Source of the DNA: Azolla caroliniana
Lineage: Eukaryota > Plantae > Polypodiophyta
DNA length: 64,000 nucleotides
Direction of reading: 5' to 3'
Assembly (NCBI GenBank): GCA_043228905.1
Contig: JBHGNT010000020.1
Location: 8,680,001-8,744,000, forward strand
The position numbers and the translations under genes are program-made. Shown one piece after another: positions 10,499 through 22,200 of this stretch. The notes under the pieces are model-generated. The model was not told the origin of the DNA. It worked only from the letters and a program-made list of their open reading frames with translations, and did no database searches. The stretch's first letter is position 1. Each line of letters begins with the position of its first letter.

Positions 10499-13279
10499 TT
10501 ACGGAGAATCACTACTATAACTAATATACAATGACGATTCCTCCTCATCATCCTCGGATGTACCAATCAGTGCATTATCTTCGTCATAAACCAAATGGTT
10601 TGACTCTAGATTATATGTAGCAGATCTCGTTTGCCTTTGACTCGAGCCACCTTGTAGACCTGGTAATTTTTCTTTTATTATATCTATTGTTGACTTCCTT
10701 AATCGTCCGGCTTTTGTAAGTGTGAAGTCGTACACGATGATATCCACATCAGAGATATCAAGGGTCGAGGTGTTACGAATGTTTCGCTTCCTCTTCCTAC
10801 CTCCCCTTCTTGTTTGGCATTCAATCATCTCCAATGTATACTTACCTGTAAAAGCATTTGCACTTCTAGTGTTGTACCAATGAACATTTATAGACTTGAT
10901 CGTGTTTTCTATTTCATGCATTAGCACTTCTAGAATTTTACCAACCCAAAATTGGTGGCCATGTGAGTTCTCATCAGCCGGCGTTGCAATCAACATCCCC
11001 GCGGTGAGCTCTTGCAAATTTCCTTGCCATCTAGCTTCGGCTGCTTTGGTCATCCTTGGTCCCACATAAATGTCTCTTTGTTGTGGATGGACCAAGCTGT
11101 CATTAATCGCATTTACTAGTCGCTCCGGACTTCTATTTACGCGATCATGTTGCAACGACCATGTGAATGGCGTTTCCAAATTCCAATTATCAACAGATAC
11201 ACAATTGTCTATAATTTCTTTCTGATCACTATAAAATACATCCCACCATGACGTGTCTTGTTGTGCGGCATATTTCTTGGCGGCCTCAATATGTTTTCTT
11301 TTTTCTTCTAAGGCTTGGAGCCATGACCGTTTTTGTTCTAATACCAAGTCGCTCTGCAACTGTCCTTTCTTCTCAATTGGCATTTGCTTAGCTCCATGGA
11401 CAATTGTACTCGGCATACAAAGTAATAACTGGCAACCACCTTCAGGTTCCCATGTTGTAGAAGATGAATATTGTTTAGCATACAAAAGTGTAGAACCACT
11501 TATTCCATTTTTCTTTATCAAAAAAATGTGATTGAAACTTATATTGTTTAACTGAGCAAGCACTTTAACATTCCCACCACCCCCATCTAATATATATCTC
11601 TTAAAGTCATATACCTCCTTCAAGTGTAACACTTTTGGGCGTGGTGTATATGCATCACAAATGACATCAAATAGTTTAGGTAAAGTGAAAGCATCATGCC
11701 GAGACAACTGTCTGGAGAATGTGCTAAACATCTGATCTATATGGTCATGTGTGTGGCCAACCAAAAGGAAATTGACTTTCACTTTCCTAAACAATTCTAG
11801 GTTGACCAACATACTTAGATAGCCAAATACAGTTGAATTTTTGTTCTCTCTAGCAGTATTGTCCAATTGAATGTATAGAACAGGGGGGAAAGGTTGTCCC
11901 CAAGACATCAAAACTCGGTGAATCATTGTAACTGTTAGGTTAGGGTCATTGTGAACATTGGGGTAAGTAATGAAGACGTGAGGTCGAACAGACCTATTAT
12001 AAGCCAAGCATCCCACCAAGTGCATTTGAACAAGGCACTCATCATTGACATCTTTGGGGAGCCTCCGCATATGCGGCAAGCATGTCTTCTTCTGGTCCAT
12101 GCCATCTATCATTAAGCACATGTATTGTTCAGGCCTCTTCAAACACTTCTCTCTATGATGCATCGCCTTCCTTCGTTCTAAGGATTGTGCCTCACGATGC
12201 TCTTGTAGTAACTTCTTACTCGTATCCTTTTCCATTGATGTCTTTGCACCTTTAGCCAAACTTTTAAGATTTGCACAAATGGAGCAATACCCCATACGTA
12301 CTTTACGAGGAATAATAACATTTGAAAACCGAGCTCTCCATAATCTTGTGAATTGGCTATAGGTGATAGACTTATTACGTGAGCCCAGCATTTCAGATCG
12401 ATAGACATCATAAACTTCCCGACGGGTATAATTATCAGAAAGATGCATCCTACCTGTAGTGGGCATTACTTCACAATTTAACTGAAAGTAAGTTTTCATC
12501 CAGCCAATAGCTAGTCTTCCAATTGCACCTTTCATACTTGGAACCTCTTTACAATTGAGCATCTGATCCCCGCTAAGTAGACGTTGTTGTACTCTATGTA
12601 GCCGCATGTTACTAACACATAACACAATTTTGAATGCAACTCTACATATCTGTTGCGCATGGAAGATATAATACTCGAATGATACTTTGATCCCCGTACA
12701 TTTGTCAGATACTAGTTGCATATGTGATCCGAGGTAAGTGTCTTGCTCATCACCGGTCATCGAAAAATAGTATCGCCTTAATTCTCGCAACTTTGATTTT
12801 CCAATCATAGACATACAACCACGGGCACAACATATTTTGTTGACATCAAATCCAATCTGTTTATCTGATGTCACCAAGCTAAATCTAGCCAGACGAATTC
12901 TTCGTGGGATTCTTCTAATATGCATAGGGCTCCCAGATTTCTCTTCCTGCATAGAGGTTGGTGTAACCTTGTTACAGTCTAATTCTCTGTTCTGACCATC
13001 GCCAATGTTATTCAATGTTTCCTGGGCACTTCCTTCATTCTCGGTATCTTTATTAATATCGTATTCTTCAATAGAGAACTCTTCACATGTGTCATTATTT
13101 ACATTCCCTGTAGATGAGCTCAGACAATATTCTTTGATAGAATATGGTGAGTCGGTCGAAAGACAATATTCTTCAATCGAATATGGTGACTCTGTTGACA
13201 AACAATACTCTTCAGTAGAAAACGATGGGTCTGATGACAAACAATATTCTTCAATCGAGAACAGTGAATCTTCACTCAT
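10499..13279 (-). CDS. Putative DDD transposase, Sola-like, 926 aa, intronless and intact
   Basis: Candidate catalytic Asp motifs IDGMDQ (~12092-12109), IQLDNTARENKN (~11858-11869) and GHTHDHIDQMFS (~11732-11758). Upstream Cys/His motifs CCARGC, QICRVAF..L.VS..RL and GYCSIC...H. Located inside the TIRs. Superfamily assignment is from motif recall. Confidence 0.8.
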   Translation of the reverse strand: MSEDSLFSIEEYCLSSDPSFSTEEYCLSTESPYSIEEYCLSTDSPYSIKEYCLSSSTGNVNNDTCEEFSIEEYDINKDTENEGSAQETLNNIGDGQNRELDCNKVTPTSMQEEKSGSPMHIRRIPRRIRLARFSLVTSDKQIGFDVNKICCARGCMSMIGKSKLRELRRYYFSMTGDEQDTYLGSHMQLVSDKCTGIKVSFEYYIFHAQQICRVAFKIVLCVSNMRLHRVQQRLLSGDQMLNCKEVPSMKGAIGRLAIGWMKTYFQLNCEVMPTTGRMHLSDNYTRREVYDVYRSEMLGSRNKSITYSQFTRLWRARFSNVIIPRKVRMGYCSICANLKSLAKGAKTSMEKDTSKKLLQEHREAQSLERRKAMHHREKCLKRPEQYMCLMIDGMDQKKTCLPHMRRLPKDVNDECLVQMHLVGCLAYNRSVRPHVFITYPNVHNDPNLTVTMIHRVLMSWGQPFPPVLYIQLDNTARENKNSTVFGYLSMLVNLELFRKVKVNFLLVGHTHDHIDQMFSTFSRQLSRHDAFTLPKLFDVICDAYTPRPKVLHLKEVYDFKRYILDGGGGNVKVLAQLNNISFNHIFLIKKNGISGSTLLYAKQYSSSTTWEPEGGCQLLLCMPSTIVHGAKQMPIEKKGQLQSDLVLEQKRSWLQALEEKRKHIEAAKKYAAQQDTSWWDVFYSDQKEIIDNCVSVDNWNLETPFTWSLQHDRVNRSPERLVNAINDSLVHPQQRDIYVGPRMTKAAEARWQGNLQELTAGMLIATPADENSHGHQFWVGKILEVLMHEIENTIKSINVHWYNTRSANAFTGKYTLEMIECQTRRGGRKRKRNIRNTSTLDISDVDIIVYDFTLTKAGRLRKSTIDIIKEKLPGLQGGSSQRQTRSATYNLESNHLVYDEDNALIGTSEDDEEESSLYISYSSDSP
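13120..13275 (-). repeat. Four 39-bp coding repeats (13 aa, [F/Y]S[I/T][E/K]EYCLS) at the transposase N-terminus
   Basis: FSIEEYCLSSDPS / FSTEEYCLSTESP / YSIEEYCLSTDSP / YSIKEYCLSSS, plus a partial FSIEEY further on. Confidence 0.9.
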
Positions 13280-14101
13280 GGCTTAAGGTCTAGATAGGGC
13301 TCTCTAAGTTATACTCCTCTCTAACCATATACTCCTCCCTAAACATAAACTTCTCTCTAAACAAAAGCCAAATCAATAGAATGTCTATATTATGTAATAT
13401 TCTATTAATACAATACATCTAAAAATTATTTTTAATAAAGTAATTTAACTTAAATTATTAATCATTATATAAACTAGATCTAAATGATGTTAAATCAAGT
13501 AAAATATAAAACTAATCATTAACAAGCCTTGAATATGTTGGATTAATGTTAAAATCATTGGCTAATTAATGACACCCATTTTGATATAGAACGTCTCACT
13601 CATTGGTTCTTTAATGCTCTCCATTTTAAATATTAGACTTATCAATCATTGGTTAATTCATGCCCACATCTTTAATACATAACATTTGAGAGTCATAAAA
13701 ATTGTTGCTTTTAGTAATCAATCATTGGTACATTCATGAACCTCTATCATTGTCTCCTTCATAACCTTTGAAGTGATTGTAGGTTGTTATGAGTATAAAA
13801 GATTGATCAATATGTTAGTTTGACTTTGTAATCATTAATACAATCATAAGTTACTATAGTTAATGTGACTATGGTTACAAACTAACTATCCTCAAAGTTA
13901 CCAACATTGGTTAAGGTGACTATGGTTACTTTAACCATGGGTTCAATCCCTATAAATAGGAAGACCTCATCATATTTCACTCACCAGAGCGTACAGAGCG
14001 TACAGAGCACACAGAACGCAGAGAGCACACAGAGCACACAAAGCACTCAGAGCACAAAGCACGAAAGCGCGATCTCCGCCTCCACTTCAACACGATCAAC
14101 C
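13280..14101. promoter_or_regulatory. AT-rich divergent promoter region between the transposase and the ParB-MTase gene
   Basis: TATAAATA at 13951-13958, upstream of ATG 14102. Repeated TCATTGG (CCAATGA on minus) at ~13555, 13600, 13646 and 13722. 9-bp CAGAGC(A/G)(C/T)A repeats at ~13985-14060 in the putative 5' UTR. Confidence 0.55.
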
Positions 14102-14488
14102 ATGTCTTCCAAGAGAATCGAGCGCGAGGACTCCAGGTAGGCCTCTGACACTGTGTGTTGGGATCTCAGTCCCTCCGGATGGGATGTCCGGAGATGAATG
14201 ACGGCAAGCCCGGTTGCGGTTACGGAACCGGATGATGAAGAGGACCCGGCATGAAGCCGGATGAGGAGTACCAGGCTACGGATCCGGATGATGAAGACCC
14301 CGGCTACGGAGCCGGATGCTGAATGTACCCGGAGAGAGATCCGGATGCGGGGACATATTTGTGAATATGTTTGCCAAGGGCCCTTGAGGCTATATTTGTA
14401 AATAGCCCGAAAGTCATATGTGTATAAATATGACTTAGGGCAAACAGTTTAGTTGTTGTTGCTCAATTTTTATGCGAAGTGAGAGCAG

Positions 14489-14535
<47 letters not shown>

Positions 14536-17500
14536 GAAGAGGTCGTTGCCTCTGTGTATTACCGCCGCCTGTGGCGAAGACAGTGAGCTCAAGGTTGTTG
14601 CCTTGTAGCTTCACCAGTGTACATCCCTGTTCATAGTGATAGTTGGAGTTTGAGGACTCCCGTGGTTTTTCCCATTTAGGGTTTTCCACGTAAAACATCC
14701 TGTGTACCTTTCTCTCTGTTGTCTTCGTGTATTTTGTATTTCCTGTTTTCTGTGAGTTGATCCTATTCCTCGGTTGTGGCCGAGCACTGTGTTCGACAAA
14801 GTGGTATCAGAGCGACGGTAACACAGAAAATGGAAGGCGGCGGTAGTGGGCCTCCGTGCATGATGGTGTTGAACTCACAAAACTACGCCGACTGGAAGAT
14901 AAAGATGGAAGACCTTCTCATCGTCTGAGACCTGTATGAACCGATCGACAATGCCGAGATACCCAAGGGGGTAATAGAGTCGGAGTGGAAGCTCCTGAAC
15001 CGGAAAGCCGTAACGACGATCCGGCAATATGTCGATGTAAGCGTTCTACAACATGTGGCGAATGACACCAACGCATATGAGATGTGGAAGAAGCTGTTGG
15101 GCCTCTACGAGAGGAAGAATGCGTTGAACCGGACCTCCCTGATGAGGAAGATAGTGAACCTCAAGTACCGGGACGGCGAGAATATGGTGGAACACGTGAG
15201 CACGTTCATGGGATTTGTGAACCAGCTTGCGGCGATCAAGTTCCCGTTGGAGGATGCAATGCAAGCCATCATTCTGATGTGTACATTGCCGGAAAGCTGG
15301 GAGAACTTGGTGGTGACTCTCAGCACCTCCTGCACCGAAGATAACTTGTCTCTACAAACGGTAAAGACAAGCATTTTGAACGAAGAAGCGCGTCGGAGAG
15401 ATAAAGAACCGGTTTCCGATCCGAAGATGCTGCTTACCGAATCGGATCGGGGAAGACAATGGAACCGGAGTCCGCAAAGACGGGAGAAGTCGGGGACCCG
15501 GTCGCAGTCAAGAGGAAGACCCACATGCTTCCACTGTGGGAAGCCGGGGCACTTCCGGAAGAATTGTCGGCATTACCGAAAGGACAACGGAGCCGACGAC
15601 ACCGATTCGAAGAAGTCACCGGAGAGAAACGGTGCATATCGGGGAGCCACGGACCGGAGAGGTTCGGATCGGCAAGGGCAGGACCGGAAAGGAACGACGG
15701 CACTCGCGGCAAGTGAAGAGGAGATCATGCTCATCACCGAAGAAGGTGAACTAAACATTGCCGGCGATGAGACGACCTGGGTGGTCGATTCCGGAGCATC
15801 GTTCCACCTGACCCCGGAGAGAAGATACTTCTCATCCTACACAGCCGGTGAGCATGGCTGTGTTCGGATGGGAAATGAAGGTACGTGCCGGATTGCTGGC
15901 ATAGGAGACGTGTGGTTGACAACCCCGACTGGATGCAAAATGCTGCTGAAGGATGTCAGACACGTTCCGGAGGTTCGATTGAACCTGATTTCGGCCGGGA
16001 GGCTAGACGATGAAGGCTACACGGGTAGCATCCGGAACGGCGTAATGAAGTTCAGCAAGGGGAGCCTGATAGTGGCTCGGGCCCGGAAAGTCAACACACT
16101 GTACCTGATGAATGCCCGGTTATGTCCGGAAGAGCTTAATGTGGCAGCCGACACTGCCGGTGAGCTGTGGCACAAAAGACTGTGCCACATGAGTGAGAAG
16201 GGGATGAAGAGGCTTGCAGAAGACAACCTTATTCCAGTGAAGCATGTGCACCTGGAGAAGTGCACCGATTGCCTGGCCGGTAAGCAGAACCGAACCTCCT
16301 TCCATTCAAGGCCACCGACGAGACGTAGCGCACCATTGGAGTTAGTGCACACTGATGTGTGTCAGGTAGAAACGAAGTCACATGGCGGAGCCCAGTACTT
16401 CGTAACATTCATTGATGATCACAGCCGGAAGCTGTGGACGGCACCGTTGAAGACAAAGGACCAAGTGTTGTGCGTCTTCAAAGAACTCCACGCGAGAGTG
16501 GAAAGGGAATCCGGCAAGAAGCTGAAAGCGATACGAGCGGATAACGGAGGGGAATACCGGGGGCAGTTCGCGGAGTACTGTCGCTCGAAGGGAATCCGGC
16601 TCGAGTTTACTGTGCCGAAGACGCCGGAACTGAACGGGCTGGCCGAGAGGATGAACCGGACCATAATGGAGAGGGTCCGGAGTATGCTGGCGCATGCGGA
16701 ATTACCCAAGGGGTTTTGGGCTGAGGCAATGTCGACGGCGACATACGTGATAAACAGATCACCCTCAGTACCTTTGGACGGAGACACGCCGCAGAGAGTG
16801 TGGACCGGTAGGGAAGTATCCTACCGGCATCTGAAGGTGTTCGGGTGTCTCGCATACGTGCATGTGGCAAAGGACCGGAGAGGGAAGCTAGATCCAAAGA
16901 CCCGGCCATGCATATTCCTCGGTTACGGCGACGACGAGTTCGGCTACCGAGTATGGGACCCGGTCGACAAGAAGATATTCCGGAGTCGTGATATCATCTT
17001 CATGGAGAACAAGACACTCGCCGACTGGGAGTCGGAGAAGAAGATGAAGAGCTCCAAGTCGACCGGTGAGGATCAACTCTACGAGGAGCAGTCCCGACCG
17101 GCAAGGGACCGGTTAGCACTCGAGGATCCGGCCGAAGACGGTGAAGAAACAGAACAGGCCGAAGAAGATGAAAATGATACTGGAACCGGCCCCGATCCCG
17201 AAATGGATTCGGATGAAGAAGAATCGGAAGAACCGGTTACCGAAGCTCCGGAGTGGAGATATCCTCTAAGAGAGAGAAGGGCCCCCCGGAGATTTCCGGA
17301 ACCAGAGCACGTGCTGCTAACCGACGAGGGGGAGCCGGAGAGTTTTGAAGAAGCAAAGCTTGACACACATAGCCACAGGTGGTTAAGTGCAATGCAGGAG
17401 GAGATGGATTCCCTGCATGAGAACCACACATTTGAACTTGTGGAGTTACCGAAAGGAAAGCGGGCACTTCGAAACAAGTGGGTGTTCAAGCTGAAACCGG

Positions 17501-19246
17501 GAGATGCCGGAAACCCCCCGAGATACAAAGCCAGGATCGTGGTGAAGGGGTTCCAGCAGAAGAAAGGCGTCGACTTCGACGAGATATTTGCCCCGGTAGT
17601 GAAGATGACCTCCATCCGGACGGTGCTGAGCATAGCGGCAAGCATGGACCTCGAGGTAGAACAGATGGACGTGAAGACGGCATTCCTTCACGGTGACCTC
17701 GAAGAAGAGATCTACATGTAGCAACCAGAAGGATTCGAGAAGAAAGGGAAGGAGCGCCTGGTGTGCCGGTTGAAGAAGAGCCTTTACGGACTGAAGCAGG
17801 CTCCCCGGCAATGGTACCGGAAGTTCGACTCCTTCATGACCGACGAAGGGTACCACAAAACGCAGTCCGATCACTACGTGTTTGTGAAGAAGTTCGAAGG
17901 AGGAGACTTTCTAATACTCCTCCTGTACGTGGACGACATGTTGATCGTCGGACGGGACCAGGCCAAGATACGGATGCTGAAGAAAGCGCTTCACCGAACT
18001 TTCTCAATGAAGGACCTGGGTCCGGCGAGGCAAATACTAGGGATGCACATCATCCGGGACCGGAAGAAGAAGCAGTTGTGGCTGTCACAGGAGAAGTACG
18101 TGACAAAGGTGCTTCACCGGTTCAACATGTCGGAAGCAAGACCGGTCGGGTCGACCCTCCCGGCAAACTGCAAGTTATCTGGCAAGCAAAGTCCCAAGAC
18201 AAAAGTTGAAAAGGAGGATATGATGAAGATACCATATGCCTCTGCCGTCGGGAGCTTGATGTACGCAATGGTGTGTACCCGACCGGACATCGGATACGCA
18301 GTCGGAGTGGTGAGCCGGTATATGAGTAATCCCGGCAAGGAGCACTGGAACGCGGTCAAATGGATACTCTGATACTTAAAGGGCACTTCGGACATGTGCC
18401 TCCGATTCGGCTCCGGTAAGCCCGAACTCGATGGATTTACCGATTCGGACATGTCGGCTGATGCAGATACCAGCCGGTCTACATCAGGGTATGTAATGAC
18501 ATATGCAGGGGGAGCCGTTTCGTGGCAGTCGAGATTGCAGAAGACGGTTGCGTTGTCAACCACGGAGGCGGAGTACATGGCGGCTGTTGAAGCCGGCAAG
18601 GAAATAATATGGATGAAGGACTTCATTAGAGAGCTCGATATCCGGCAGGAGGAGTACCGGCTCTACTGCGATAGTCAGAGTGCCATCCACCTTGCGAAGA
18701 ACGCGGCCTACCATTCCCGGACGAAACACATCAAGCGTAGATACCACTGGATCCGGGAAAGGATAGAAGACAAGGAGTTCGCACTGACGAAAATCCACAC
18801 GGACGAGAACGGGTCGGATATGCTGACCAAGGTGCTCACACCCGACAAGCTGGAAGCATGCCGGAAGAGGATCGGATTGGAGAGACATCCCATGCCGAAG
18901 TGAAGGGGGAGTTTGTTGGGATCTCGGTCCCTCCGGATGGGATGTCCGGAGATGAATGACGGCAAGCCCGGTTGCGGTTACAGAACCGGATGATGAAGAG
19001 GACCCGGCATGAAGCCGGATGAGGAGTACCAGGCTACGGATCCGGATGATGAAGACCCCGGCTACGGAGCCGGATGCTGAATGTACCCGGAGAGAGATCC
19101 GGATGCGGGGACATATTTGTGAATATGTTTGCCAAGGGCCCTTGAGGCTATATTTGTAAATAGCCCGAAAGTCATATGTGTATAAATATGACTTAGGGCA
19201 AACAGTTTAGTTGTTGTTGCTCAATTTTTATGCGAAGTGAGAGGAG

Positions 19247-19287
<41 letters not shown>

Positions 19288-22200
19288 GAAGAGGTCGTTG
19301 CCTCTGTGTATTACCGCCGCCTGTGGCGAAGACAGTGAGCTCAAGGTTGTTGCCTTGTAGCTTCACCAGTGTACATCCCTGTTCATAGTGATAGTTGGAG
19401 TTTGAGGACTCCCGTGGTTTTTCCCATTTAGGGTTTTCCACGTAAAACATCCTGTGTACCTTTCTCTCTGTTGTCTTCGTGTATTTTGTATTTCCTGTTT
19501 TCTGTGAGTTGATCCTATTCCTCGGTTGTGGCCGAGCACTGTGTTCGACACTGTGGACATTTTTGTAAATATGTTTCGTTTCTCAAGAACTCGATACGGC
19601 GTATCGAGTTCGTGTTTAAAACCTACACTTTAAACCGGAACTCGATACGCCGTATCGAGTTCATGGTTAAAGTGTAGGACTTAAACACGAACTCGATACG
19701 CCGTATCGAGTTCGTGCCTACACTTTAAACACGAACTCGATACGGCGTATCGAGTTCGTGTTTAAAATTCAAACTTTAATCACGAACTCGATACGGCGTA
19801 TCGAGTCCCTGTATATAAGAAGGCTTTGAGAGAGAAAAATCGTTTATGGGGTGGAAATGATATCAAATTGTCTGGCAAAATCAGTCTTTTTTATGTTGAC
19901 TTTACTTACTTTTAAACAAATACATGCTCTAATTATAGGTGTTTTATGACCTACTTTAGCTTAAAATAGTAGAAAATGATCTACAAATTGCCTTCACTAT
20001 GGCAAATTCTCCTCAATATAGGTTTAGAATCTATATAAGTCAAACCTACTATTTAAAAGAATATATAACCCGTTTTACTTATTACGATATATATTTTCTA
20101 GGTTGAATAGCCCTGCCTATAATAGATTTTTGAATATGTTACTGCTCCTGGAAACTGTTCTTCATTATAATAACAACTTCAATCTACGTGACTGTCTAAC
20201 TTATGTTTTTGCATATACTTTCTTAAATAGGTCGTTTGAGAACCTGTCAGACCGACCCGTGAAGAAAATTAAGCTTCGCATACAAGGTTCTCCAATCGAA
20301 GCCCAGACCAAGGTAACTCCTGAGACCATGAAGAGAGGAAAAAAGCTTCTCTTTAACGAAGAGACAAAATCTCAGCCACATAGTGATGTAAGCCAAAAGA
20401 AACTTGTCGCCGCTACTGGAGGCAAAGACCTTCCTGACCGAGATCTAACGGACAAGGAATGGTGTATGCAATATGTCGACTCAAAGAAAAAAGTCGTATT
20501 GTATACAGCAAAGAAGAAGGGTGAGGGGCAGCTAGGAAAAGAAACTCCATTTATGTATGGCCGAATTCTACGATTTGACTACGAAGATGCAGATTCGGCC
20601 AACATACTGGTAATGATAGAGTGCTCCAAGGGGGTACGCAAAGTGTTCCTTGCAGAAGACCTTTTAGTAAAGGAATCTTGTGGGCCTGAAGTGTTCAAAA
20701 AAGCACTTGATAACTCACAAAACCTGATTGTTACCTTGAGGCCTTATATACAAGGCCATGTAACTCTAAGAGATGAAGAGCCCTCCCACTTGAAGGCCAC
20801 AAAAAAGGTCTCCAAAGTCCAGTCAAGACCAGCCAAGAAGAAGACAACGAAAATGTCGGATATGGATTCGACAAGTGAAAATGAAGAAGAGGATAATAAG
20901 GGGACGCCAGGAGCCGAGCTGGCCTCGGGTGTCTTGTCATCCGAGCAGAATAAAATAAGGAGAGAGTTAATGCAACGGAAGCTGGTCAGGAAAGGGCAAG
21001 TATTTAATTTGCCTATAACACACATCCATCGGCCCCCTATTGATGAAAAAACAGGTCGAAGACCACTTGAGATTAGAGAGCCTCACCGCATGCATGTTCA
21101 AAATCTCAAGAAAAAAATGAAAATTAATCCTCATGCCACAGTGGTGCCTTTTATTGTTATGGTGGATCCTGAAGAATGTGAAACCATTGAAGATTTTGAT
21201 ATCAGAAAGCATGATCAATATAATTATTTTGTCATTGGTGGATCGCATTCAGCAGAGGCACGTCGGCAACTTGTGAGAGAACATCCAACCACTTTCTTCT
21301 TCAAGTATGCCGAGTGCAAAATTTATGTTGGGCTCACAACCGAAGAGGCTAAGCTGTTGGCATGGGACCATAATAATGATAATGACTATAGGCAGAAAAT
21401 GTCGTCTATTGAGCGTATACGGTTCTTCCACCACGAGTATTTAGATGTGAAACAAAAGTTTGGTGTGAAGTTACATCCAGGCCTTCGACGTCAATGTCTG
21501 CATGAAGTCGGCATTGTGGTAGATGATAATGTTAGGTCCGATGGTCTTCGAAAGTATGAATCTTGGTTTCAATTGGCGTTTAGAGATGGAGAAGTATGGG
21601 ACCTCCAAGATCAAATATTCTCAATGTGGGAGAATAAGGAGGTAAAGGGTCAACGACAAAAGAAATGTAGGGTTGACCCTCAACTAGAATTAAAGTCACA
21701 AGCCGCCAAGAAAATTGACTTGACAATTGAAGAAGCGGCAGACGACATGAAGCTATCTCTATGGAGAGCGATGCAAGGTATTAAGGACGAGCAGCTTCTT
21801 GTGTCGGTTTTGTCAAGGGTTGTGGCGAAAGATTTAAGCCTTGAAGAAATGGTCACTGAGTTCAATAAGTAAGTCTTTCTAATACTGAAATTGTAGTCTA
21901 TCTGGTGTAATTCAAAGTTCTAATCTTGATTTCTAATTTTACAGTCATAAGGTGTACATGAAGATCCAAGAAGTAATGATGAAACAACTTGGATGTATAA
22001 CTTGGGAACAAGTGACCGAGGATTATCCTCTAACGTCTTCGTATAAGGCGTTATCAGAGTATTTTATTGCATTCAAGGATTGGGTTAGTATTGATGTTTT
22101 TTCATTACCCTTTCATCATATGTAGAGCTTGTATAATAATACCTGATGTCCTATTGCTTCTATTAGAAACCGTGTCGAGGCAAGAAACAAGGAGAAGTTA

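Noticed and set aside
15084-18965. Many overlapping and antisense ORFs in Copia B (likewise in Copia C and the PPR gene)
   Set aside because: Shadow ORFs of GC-rich or repetitive coding sequence with no recognisable domains.
19587-19808. CRISPR array interpretation of the palindromic repeats
   Set aside because: Spacers are related to each other (CCTACACTTTAA in both orientations), the context is a eukaryotic intron, and no cas genes are present.
20103-20230. ORF-track N-terminus MNSPAYNRF... of the 589-aa ORF
   Set aside because: TTG start in AT-rich sequence upstream of a good acceptor at 20230; it is intron 1.
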